Origin: Paramoeba atlantica
Lineage: Eukaryota > Protista > Discosea
Direction: 5' to 3'
NCBI GenBank assembly: GCA_977017575.1
Contig: CDRNVI010000222.1
Span: 1 to 26,362 of the forward strand
DNA length: 26,362 nucleotides
Translations under genes and position numbers: made by a program
Shown here: positions 1 through 9,915 of the stretch, in pieces
Numbering within the stretch: the first letter of the stretch is position 1
How the letters are laid out: each line of letters opens with the position of its first letter
The notes under the pieces: model-generated
What the model saw: the letters and a program-made list of their open reading frames with translations, nothing else
What the model was told of the DNA's origin: nothing
Database searches by the model: none

Positions 1-494
1 ACCTTTTTTCTCTGCTCCAGATCGAGTTTCTTTCTCTGCTGATTCCTCCATCAATTCCTCTGCCAATTCCTCTGCAATATTTCTTTGCTTCCTCTCTGGT
101 TTTCTTTCTCTCCTCTTTTTCTTTATTTTTTCCTTTTCTTTTTTCTTTTCACACACCACATTTTTTTTTAGCCACCAAAACAACAAAACATGATTTTTTT
201 TAGTTCTTTTTTATTTATTCTTTTTTTTTTCACTGCCACTCCAACAGTGAGTGTTGCTCATTTCTTTCTTTTTTCTCTCCCCCCCCCCATCCATCCTTGA
301 TCTTTCTCTCACTTTCATTCTTTCATTAATTTTTCATTCCTTCCTTTCCCTTTCTTTTTTTTTTTTCTTCTTTTCTCTCTTTCCATTCTCTTTTTCTTTT
401 CTCTCTTTTCTCCTTTCCCTTTCTCTTCTCTCTCTTTTTCAGAACATAAAGCAAAGAACAAAGATTCAATATTTTGCACATACACATAACACTG

Positions 495-3400
495 CTGTAT
501 CTATGAATCGCTTTTTTTTTGGGCTCACTATTTGTTCTATTGATCTGTTACCTCAGATTCTTTTATTATTTCAAAAAAGGTTTTCTCTTTCTTTCTTTTT
601 ATTTTTTTTTGTTACAAATATTTCCTCACTTCTCTCTTCTCTTCTCTCTCTCTTCTGATTTATTTCCAATTTCCCTTGTTAATTTCTCCACAATATTTCC
701 CTGTTGATTTCTTTTGGAATTCCTCTTCAATATTTCTCTACTTGCTCCCTCTCTCTGGTTTCTTTCTCTCTCTCTTTCTCTTTCTCTTTCTCTTTCTCTT
801 TCTCTTTCTCTTTCTCTTTTTTTGATATTTTGTTCCACTGAACAGAAATAAAAAGATTTTCTGATTCCTTCACCAATCCCAATCTCTCTGCCAATTATTT
901 CTCTGCTGGTTCCTCTGTCAATTTGTTTACCAGTTTCTCTGCAATATTTCTCCACCAATTCCCCTGCCAAGTTGTTCACCTTTTTTCTCTGTCAATTCCT
1001 CTGCAATGTTTCTCTGCCAATTCTTCTACTGATTCTTCTCTCTCTGGTGTGTGTGTTTATCTTTCTTTCTTTCCTTTCTTTTTTTTTTCTCTTTTTTTTT
1101 TATTATTTTATTCTCATTTTCTTTTTTTTTTTCTCAGAACAAAGAACAAGTTCAAAGTTGCATGCACACAACACCATGTGTGGGGGGGGTGTGTTCTTTT
1201 TTTCACCAGTCAAAACACCACAATGTGATTTTTTTTCATGTCCTCTTTTTCACCACTTTGCAACCTTCTTCCTTTTTTCAGGTTTCTTTTTTTTTGATTT
1301 CTTTTTTTGGTTTCTCCCTCAATTTTTTAGTTTTCTCTCTCTCTCTCTCTCTTTCTCTCTTTTTTTTTTTTTTTCATTTTTCTCAAAACACAAAACACAG
1401 AACAACAATTGTATTTCACCAATTTTTCTTGTGTTGATTTCTCTTGGAATTTCTCCTCTAATTTTTGTTACTTTGGTTTTTTTTTTTCTTTCTTTCTCTC
1501 TTTTTCTTTATTTTTCCTTTCTTTTTTCTCAAAAAAAAATACAATTCACAAAGAACAAACCCAAAACCCTCCATTTTTTGTATTTTCTCTTTCCTCTCCC
1601 TCACTGAGTTCTCATTTTTCTTTTGATATTTTCAGATGAATTTTACATAATGGAGAAAATTGTCTTCAGAACACTTTTTTTGTTTTAAAACTTCTCTCAC
1701 CAAATTCTAAAATGAATTAATTCACAGAAAAGGTTTCATTTTATTTCTCTCTTTCTCTTTCTCTTTTCTCTCTTTCAAGTTTTCAAGTTTTTCAATTTGG
1801 TTGTTTGTTTGTTGGTTTAGTTTATAAAAAGAAAAATGAATTTTTCAGTTTTGGTTTTTCTTTTCTAACCACACTTCTTTTTCCTTCCTTTTCTTTCAAT
1901 TTTTATTATTTTAGTTTCATTCTCTACTGCTGCTGATTTAGTTTTAATTTCCTCACTGAGTTTTCTTTGCTGTTGATTTCTCCACTGATTTTTGTTTTTT
2001 GTTGTTTGTTCTCCTCCTCTCCCCCTTGAAACCCTCTCTTCTGGTTTTTCTCTCTTTCTTTTCCCTTTCTTTTTTTTCTTGTCTCATCCTCTCTCTCTTA
2101 TTAAATTATATTTTTTGTTTCAGTAAAGTGGAAAGAAAAATACAATGATGTTTAATGACTCTTTTCTAGGTTCAATTTTTTGAATTACTTTTTTATTTTT
2201 TCCTCTCTCTCTCTCTCTCTTTTTTCTCTTTTTTTTTTTTATTTTTTCTTTCAAAATACAGAACAAATAACATCATTGAATGAGCTCTCTTCTTGTTGAT
2301 TTCTCCTCCAATTTCTTTTTTGCTTTCTCTGCTCCCTCTCTCTCTGGTTTCTCTCTCTCTCTCTCTCTCTATTTTCTCCCCTGTTTTCTCTCCCTCAAAT
2401 TTCTCTCCTCTTTTCTTCTTTCTTTGTTCTTTCTCATTTTCTTTCTTTTCAAAATACAGAACAAACAAAAATTCAAAGTTCTTTTTGTACTGATTGATGT
2501 GTATTTATTATTAGATGTTGTGAGATGTTGTGAGATGCTTCTCCAATTTTTCTCACCTGCTTTCTTTTTGATTTTCTCTGAGCTTTCTCTGCTTTCTGTT
2601 CTTGTTTCTGGTTTCTCTTTCTTCCTCTCTCTTTTCTTTTTCTTTTCTTTTCTCTGCTTTCTCCTCTCATTTTCTTTCTTCTCAATACACAGGAAAACAC
2701 AAAAAAAAGAAATTTCCTCTCTAATTGAACATTCAAGAGTGTTCACCTCCTTTTTTTCATCACCCCTCCTCTCCTTTGAGGTTTTTCTCAATTTTTTTTC
2801 TTTCCTCTCTCTCTCTCTTTCTCTCTAAAATACATGTATTTCCTTGAGTGTGTGTGTGTTTAAATGAATAAGTTTTCTCTTCTCTTTCTTTTTCTTCTCT
2901 TTTCTCTCTTCTCTTTTCTCTCTATTCTTTTTCATTCTTATTAACCTTCTTTGGTACAGAGGAATATTTTTGGGTGGTTCAAATCTCAAATGAATTAAAA
3001 TTAATTGTTTCCAAAGTTTCTCCTCTTTTTCTTTTTCTTTTTCTTTGTTTTTCTTTGTTTTTCTTCCCTTTTGATTGACTAAAATATCCTTTTTCTTCTT
3101 CTCTCTTCTTCTTTTCTCTTTTTCTTCTTCTTCCTTTCTCAGAAAGCATGTATGCACACATGAGAGAAGTTCTTATTTGTAAATAAATGTTACTGGTAAT
3201 ATTAAAAGGGTTATGTTTCTAGGATTTCTCTTCTCTTCTCTTCCCTTCTCTTCTCCTCTCCTCTCCTCTCTCCCTCTCTCCTCTCTTTTTCTTCTCTTTT
3301 TTATCTTCAAGGAATTATTTTTTTCATCCTCTTTTCTCTTTTTTTCTCTTTCTCTCCTCTCCCCCCTAATCTCTTCTCTCTCTTTTCTTTTTCTCCAGAT

Positions 3401-4020
3401 GTGTATGCAACAAAGAGGAGTGTTAACTGAGGTGAGGATTGTTTTTTTTTAAGAAATGACTCTCTTGGTTCTTTTTTTCTTTTCCCCTCTTCTCTTTCTT
3501 TCTCCTCTTTCTCTCCTCTTCTTCCTCTTTCTTCTCTCTCTTCTTTTTCTAAAATAATAAATAAATAATAATAATTTTCTTATAGAATGTGTATGAACCA
3601 CCCAAAACCCTTATCTTATGTTTTGGAGCATAAGGATTGGTCTTTTCAAGTTAAAAAAGCAATGGTTTTCTTTTTTCTCTCTTTTCTCTCTTCTCTTCTC
3701 TTCTCTTCTCTCCTTCTCTCCTTCTCTTCTCTCTTCTCTTCTCTTCTTTCTCTCTTGTCTTCTCACTTCTTTCCTCTTTTCCTTTCTCTTTCCCTCTCTT
3801 TCCCTTCTTTTCTCTTTTCTCTTTTCTTTTTCTCTTTTTTTTTCTTTTCATTTTCTTTCTTTATTCTTTGTTTTTTTCTCTTTTTTCATTCTCTCTTCTC
3901 TCTCTCTCTCTCTCTTTCTTTTCTCTTTTCTTCTCTTCTCTTTCCACTCTTCATTCTTTAAAATATTTTATTTAATAAAATAGAAAATGAAACTGATGAA
4001 ATGATTCAATAATTTAATTT
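495..4020 (+). repeat. Left arm of a large diverged inverted repeat (partner 9916-13827); repeated exon-like islands in CT-rich introns
   Basis: Unique-sequence islands match the reverse complement of the right arm in collinear order. Examples: 495 CTGTATCTATGAATCGC vs 13827-13811; 2121-2190 vs ~13235-13160; 2950-3020 vs ~12180-12115; 3585-3665 vs ~11530-11450; 3960-4020 vs ~9975-9916. Each arm has segments missing from the other. Confidence 0.9.
880..1035. repeat. Degenerate 12-nt minisatellite (CCAATTCCTCTG-like); related blocks at 39-75, ~13370-13530 (reversed) and ~26140-26225
   Basis: Direct inspection, e.g. TCAATTCCTCTG CCAATTCCTCTG at 51-74 and CCAATTTCTCAA CTGGTTTCTCAA CTGATTTCCCTA from ~26153. 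Confidence 0.75.
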
Positions 4021-4189
4021 TCTTCTCTCCATAGAGAAAAGGTTTTTTTCTTTTCTTTTTTTTCTTTTTCTATTCTTATTTTTCTTTTTCTCTCTCTCTC
4101 TTTCTTTCTTTCATATACATAAAACTAAGAAAAATATATTTCTGAAAAATTAAAAGGTTTTTTTTCTCTCTCTTCTTTCTCTGTTTTTT

Positions 4190-4320
4190 TTTTCTTCTCT
4201 TCTCTCCTCTCTTCTCCTCTCCTCTCTTCTCCTCTCCTCTCTTCTCCTCTCCTCTCCTCTCCTCTCCTCTCTTCTCCTCTCTTCTCTTCTCCTCTCCTCT
4301 CCTCTCCTCTCCTCTCCTTT
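4190..4320. repeat. (CTCCT/CTCTT)n pentanucleotide microsatellite
   Basis: Direct inspection; similar tracts at ~5400-5452 and ~25560-25730. Confidence 0.9.
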
Positions 4321-4556
4321 TTTCTTATTTTTATTTTTATTTTTATTTTTGTTTTTTAATATTTTTTGTCCCACTGGACAAAAAGAAAAATGTTTTCTTT
4401 AGTTTTTTCTCATTTTTTTTTTTTTTTTTTTTAATTTTCTCTTCTTTCAATTTCTTTTCTTTTAAATCTTTGTTTGATTCATTACTCCTTACTTTTAAAT
4501 TGGACTCTATTCTTGTTCTCTTTTTTTCTGGTTTTTTCTTTTTTCTCTCTCTCTTC

Positions 4557-4588
<32 letters not shown>

Positions 4589-5039
4589 CACCAAAAATAA
4601 TCTTAGTTCTTTTCTTCTTCTCTCTTCTCTCTCTTTTCTCTCTTTTCTCTTTTCTTCTTTTTCTTCTTTCTCTTCTTTCTCTTCTTTCTCTTCTCTCTCT
4701 TCTCTCTCTTCTTCCCTCTTCTCTCTCTCTTCTCTCTCTTTCCTCTTCCTCTCTTCCTCCTTCTCTCTTTTTTTTTCCTTTTCTTTCTTTCTTTTTCTTT
4801 CTTTTTCTTTTCCCCCTTTTTTCTTTCTCTTTCTCCCTTTCTCTCTTTCTTCTCTTTTTTTTTCATTCTTCTTTCTCTCTCTCTCTCTCTCTCTCAGATT
4901 TGAATTTGGAGATCAATCTTTTTTGGTGCCTTTTGCAAGAAGTATGAATGTGTTTATGATTCTGAAATGCAATATTTATGAAGGTCTTTTCTCTTTCTCT
5001 CTCTCTTTCTCTTTTTTCTTTTTTCTTTCTCTTTCTTCT

Positions 5040-5125
5040 TTCTCTTTCTTCTTTCTTCTTTCTTCTTTCTTCTTTCTTCTTTCTTCTTTCTTCTTTCTTC
5101 TTTCTTCTTTCTTCTTTCTTCTTCT
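5040..5125. repeat. (TTCTTTC)n heptanucleotide microsatellite
   Basis: Direct inspection; it produces the repeated SSFFFLL in ORF 4470..5186. Confidence 0.85.
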
Positions 5126-5129
5126 CTTT

Positions 5130-6090
5130 TCTCTCCCTCTCCCTCTCTTGATTTTTTATTTTCTTGAGTGTGTATGTTTAAATTAATCAATTTTCTCTTT
5201 TCTTTCTTTTTCTTCTTTTTTCTCTCTTCTCTTTTTTCTCTTCTCTTTCATTCTTATTAGACTTATATGGTACAGAGGAAATATGGGTTGTTCAAATCTC
5301 AAATGAATTAAAATTAATTAGTGTTTACAAAATCTCTCCTCTCTTCTTCTCTTCTCTTCTCTTCTTTGTTCTCTCTATTTCTCTTCTCTTTTTCTTCTTA
5401 TCTCTCTCTTCTCTTCTCTTCTCTTCTCTTCTCTTCTCTTCTCTTCTCTTCTCAAGGAATTATTTTTCTCATCCTCTTTTCTCTTTTTTTCCCTTTCTCT
5501 CCTCTCCTCTAATCTCTTCTCTCTCTTTTCTTTTTCTCCAGATGTGTATGCAACAAAGAGAATGTTAACTGAGGTGGGGATTGTTTTTGGTGGAGAAGTG
5601 ACTCTCCTGGTTCTTTTTTTCTCTCTTTCTTTCTCCTCTTCCTCTCCTCTTCCTCTCCTCTTCCTCCTCTTCCTCCTCTCTCCCTCTCTCCCTCTCCCCT
5701 CTCTCCTCTCTCCTCTCTCCCCTCTCTCTCCTCTCTTTCTTTTCTCTTTCAAATAATAAATAATAATAATAATTTTCTTATAGAATGTGTGTGAACCACC
5801 CTAAACCCTTATCTTCTGTTTTGAAGTATAAGGATTGGTCTTTTCAAGTTAAAAAAGCAATAGTTCTTTTCTCTCTTCTCTCTTTTTGTTCTCTTTTTGT
5901 TCTCTTCTCTCTTTCTTTCTTTTTTTTCTCTCTCTCTTCTCTTTTCTTTTCTTTTCTTCTCTCTTTTCTCTTCTCTTCTTTTTTCTTTTCTTTTTCTCTT
6001 TTTCTTTCAGTCAATAACAAAAAAATAAAATAGATTCTGATTAATAAAATCAGAGGAGAAAGATATCATCATAGTATTACAACAAAGTTT
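5130..6090 (+). repeat. Third, direct copy of the exon-module series (similar to ~2815-3700 and to ~12330-11210 reversed)
   Basis: Shared islands: GGTACAGAGGAA...CAAATCTCAAATGAATTAAAATTAATT (2953 vs 5269), CCAGATGTGTATGCAACAAAGAG (3395 vs 5539), TAGAATGTGT..AACCACCC.AAACCCTTATCTT (3583 vs 5781), and ATCAGAGGAGAAAGATATCAT (6049, and reversed at ~11240). Confidence 0.85.
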
Positions 6091-6364
6091 TTTTTAATTT
6101 TCTCTTTCTTTCTCTCTTTTTCTTTCTTTTTTTTCTTTTTTTTTTCTTTCTTTTTCTTTCTTTTTCTTTCTTTTTCTTTTTCTTTTTCTTTTTCTTTCTC
6201 TCTTTCTTCTTCCCCTCTTTTTCTTTCTCTCTTCTCTTTTCCTCCTTCTCTCTTTTTTTTTTTCATAATGGTTCTCACTTTTTTTTCTTTTTTCTTTTTC
6301 TTTTCTCTTTTTTTTTTCTCTCTCTTTCTCTCTTTCTCTCTCTCTTCTCTTTTTCTTTCTTTCT

Positions 6365-6395
<31 letters not shown>

Positions 6396-7152
6396 TAGAT
6401 TTGAATTTGGAAATCAATTTTTTTTTAGTGCAAAAAGTATGAATGTGCTGATGGTTCTGAAATGCAATATTTATGAAGGTCTTTTCTCTCTCTCATCTTT
6501 CTCTTTCTCTCTTTCTCTTTCTTCTTTCTCTTTTTCTCTTTCTTCTTCTTTTTTCTTCTTTTTTCTTTTCTTTTTCTTTTCTTCTTTTCTTTTCTTTTTT
6601 TTTTTTTTCCTTTTTAATTTACTTTCATTGAATATGATGCTCTTTTTCTCTCTCTCTCTCTCTTTATGTATGTGTGTGTTCTCTTCACATTGATTGATTA
6701 TTGGTTTTTCTTTCTTTTCTTTTTTTTCTTTTTTCTTTCTTTCTTTTTCTTTCTCTTTTTTTCTCTCTTCTTTTCTTTTCTTCTCCTTTTTCTCTCCAAT
6801 GCTCTCTCTTTCTCCCTTTCTTTTCTTTCTTTCTTTTTCTTTTTTTTTCACTTAAATTCTCTTTTTCATTTTATTCCTAGGATTTGTGAAATATCTTTCT
6901 AATCTTCAAAAAGATTCAGTTTTCATTTCAATAATTCTGTGTACAATACACAACACTCCTCTTCATTCCAAAGGAGGTAACAATTTAATTCTTTTTCTTT
7001 TTTTTTCTTTTTCTTTCTCTCTTCTATCCTTTCTTTCTTTTTCTCTTCTCTCTTTTCTTCTCTTTTTCTCTTTTTCTCTCTTTTTTTCTTTCTATTTCTT
7101 TCTCTTACAACCATTTATTTTGAATAAAAATCTCTTTCATTGAAAAAAAAAA

Positions 7153-8458
7153 AATGATTTCCTTGAGAAACAAGCAATCTCCAATGTATATGTTAAGTTT
7201 AAAGCCAAACTTAATACTGAGTGGAAGATTGCAGAAACAAAAAACCTATCTTTTCACCAACTCCTCACTAGGTTCACCAATCTATCCCTAGAATCCAACT
7301 ACTTAGCAGCTCTCAAGTATCAAAAGAAGCTCACCAGCTATCAGTTTCAAGAAAACAGAAAAAAGATAATTCAAAATGATAACTTTATTCTACTGCAAGC
7401 TGTGCTCTGAGAGAATGAAGCTGGCTCAATTTCTCATGTGTAGATGACAGCCTACCCAAATTTTGAGGGAGAAAATACTCACTACAATAGATCAGATTTT
7501 TTGAATGTTGAGGAGTATTGCTTTGCTTATTGGTGCTGCTTTGACATCATAGATCCCACCCTCTTGTCTCTCTCAAGTCAAGGCACTGTCACTTGCAAGG
7601 CTTGCTCCAAACTTGTGCCAAGTTCCCTTCACCTCTCTGACTGTGTGAAATACAACTAAAGTATGAATGACAGGCATCATCATTTTATAAAACAGCTTCT
7701 CCAAATCTCCAAACTTACATAATTTGATGTGGTTCTAGATGGCCATTTCCTTTCCATTGATCATTGCAACAAGAAGCCAGACTTAACTTTCAAACATTGG
7801 CAAGGTGAGAAACACTTGTGTTTGGATATTACAGTCACTTCAGTCCAAGGCAGGAATGCAATATTCAGGTTTCAAGGTGTGGCAATAGGCACATCAAATA
7901 TGTACAATCTCAGGAATCTACTTGCAATTCCACACATGGTGAGAATTTGAAAGCTGAATAAATATCTACCAGAACATCTACACATCAAAATGTTGAATGC
8001 AAGAAGAGATAACAACACCCCTGAAGAAGTAAGAATCTTTAAAGAAATTAAATTGTTCAACTCTTCAAGTGTGGAAGTTCTCTTTTTTTTTATGTTAGCT
8101 TCATCAAGCAGTGCAGTTTTACCAGATGTAACAAACTTCCTGAAGTGTATTACCTCTGAGGTTTTGCAGGAAGGTTTGATATTAGATCAAGATCTCTATT
8201 GAACCTTCTTGCAATATACACAGCAATGACTCTCTGTTGCACTCATTGATAGCATGGTGAGAAACATGAGATCTATTCAGCAAGATCTCTACATTTTTTC
8301 TTTTTCTCTTTCTCTTAACAATCTGCCATAACAAACTCTGTACTCTAAGGAGTAGAATCTTTAAATGCTCCTCTTTAAAGACATTCAAAATGTTTTATCT
8401 TTCTTTTTCTCCTTTGTTTACAATTAAAATAAATTAGAAAATTTAAATAAATAAATAA

Positions 8459-8494
<36 letters not shown>
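7153..8494 (+). mobile_element. 5'-truncated, inactivated non-LTR retrotransposon with restriction-like endonuclease (CRE/SLACS-like clade)
   Basis: One continuous frame 7153-8331 joins ORFs 7444, 7729 and 7990. Motifs in order: AGSISHV*MTAYP (A.WL.A.P-like), CKACSKLVPSSLHLSDC (C-x2-C-x8-H-x3-C, 7594), RH (7672), KKPDLTF...LDITV (PD..D, 7777-7827), KLNKY, QQ*LSVAL (QRLSVAL-like C-terminus). It ends in (TAAA)n plus A34 at 8461-8494. Seven internal stops. The RT domain is absent. Confidence 0.88.
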
Positions 8495-8497
<3 letters not shown>

Positions 8498-9915
8498 AAA
8501 ATTAAAATTTAAAATTTAATTTTTTTTTTTTTATTATTTGCTTCAAAAAACAAGTTTAAACAAATAAACAAAAAAAACTACAGCCTAAACCCTAATTTTG
8601 TTCATTCTGAGAATAAAAAGAATTAGTTTTTCATTTTTCTAAATCTTTTCAAAAAAGAAAAAGAAAAAGAGAAAAAGAAAAAAGAGAAAAAGAAAAAAAC
8701 CAAAAGAAAAAAACCAAAAGAAAAAAAAAAAACAATTTTGTGTGAAAAAAAGTAAAAAAGAAAAAGAGATGAAGGAAAAAGAAGAAAAAAGAAACGAAAA
8801 AAAAAAAGAGAAAAAGAAAAAAAGAAACAAGAAAAAGAAGAGGAAAAAAGAAAAGAAAGAAAACCTCAAAGAATTGAATCACCGGATAAACCTTGTGAAT
8901 TCTCTTATCTTTCTCACTTTGAGAAAAATAGATTGGTTTTTCATTTCTCTTTCTTAATATAAAAGTGATACATTGAAAAAACCAAAAATCTCTTGATTTC
9001 TAAAAGTCTATTTTTCTCATCTTTCAAAAAACAAAAACCAAACACAAAAATCAAACAAAAACAAAAAACAAAAAAGAAAAACTTTTTTGCCGAAAAACCG
9101 ATTTTTATTTTGGGTGCGATTTTTTTTCTTGAAATTTGGCAAGGAGGTGAAAAAGAATTCAAATGTTCTTGTTTTTTCTTAGTTGTTCAAGCTTCCATCA
9201 AGATAGGACCAATACAAATTCAATTCTTTTTCTTTTTTTCTTCTTTAATCTTATTTTTGGTTTGCATTTAGATTTTTTCAATCAATTTTGGTCATACAAT
9301 CCTTTTTCTTTGTTTTTTTTTGTTTTTTTCTCTTTTTTGTTGAATCTTTCTCTTTCTCTTTCTTTTTCTTTTTTTCTTTCTTTCTCACAAACAAAAAAGA
9401 AAAAAAAAACTGTTCGAAACAAAAAACCAAAAAAAAAAACCAAAAAAAGAAAAAGAAAATGGATGATGTGGCAACATTTGATTGGGAATTGGATTTTTTT
9501 TTTCTTTTTCGGAAAAGAAAGCGGCGGGTGAGAAAAAAACAGAAAAACAGAAAAAGAAAAGAAAGAAATTGAAAGAAAAGAAGAGTTGAAAGGTTTGGAA
9601 AGATACATGATAGATTGTTTGATTTACCAATGAACTTTTTTATTCCATATTTCAAGTGAATGTTTTAGTTTGTTATTCTTTTTTTTTTTCTTTATTCACA
9701 AACTATTAAAAACAACACCACCGGATCAATCATTTCACTTTTCCACACACAATCAAAAGAAAGAATTGAGAAAATCAAAGAAAAACAAAAGGTTTCTTTT
9801 TTAGCACACCTTATGCTTCGATGTTTTTCGTCTCTTTCGGATAGAATCGTCACCTTAATCGATTCGATTCGTAAATCTTTCGAAAAAATTCGTTAGTTTT
9901 TTGCAATGTATAGGG

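Larger units (their letters stand above)
4870..6710 (+). repeat. Partial ~1.5-kb direct duplication (4870-5190 repeated at 6370-6710)
   Basis: AGATTTGAATTTGGA.ATCAAT...AAGTATGAATGTG...TTCTGAAATGCAATATTTATGAAGGTCTTTT occurs at ~4897-4989 and ~6398-6485, each bounded by a polypyrimidine tract/AG and by G|GT. Confidence 0.85.
440..6977 (+). pseudogene. Probable spliced multi-copy gene or pseudogene family, product unknown
   Basis: Islands are bounded by (Y)nAG and GT (e.g. CCAG|ATGTG...GAG|GTGAG at ~3398-3432; TAG|GATTTG...GGAG|GTAAC at ~6881-6977). Indels between copies are codon-sized. Candidate peptides include GTEEYFWVVQISNELKLIVSK and CVNHPKPLSYVLEHKDWSFQVKKAM. I could not assemble one consistent spliced ORF. 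Confidence 0.4.

Noticed and set aside
7153-8331. Alternative genetic code (stop-codon reassignment) explaining read-through of the LINE frame
   Set aside because: All three stop types occur and map to different expected residues (Arg, Trp). With total CpG loss, C>T/G>A mutation is the simpler explanation.
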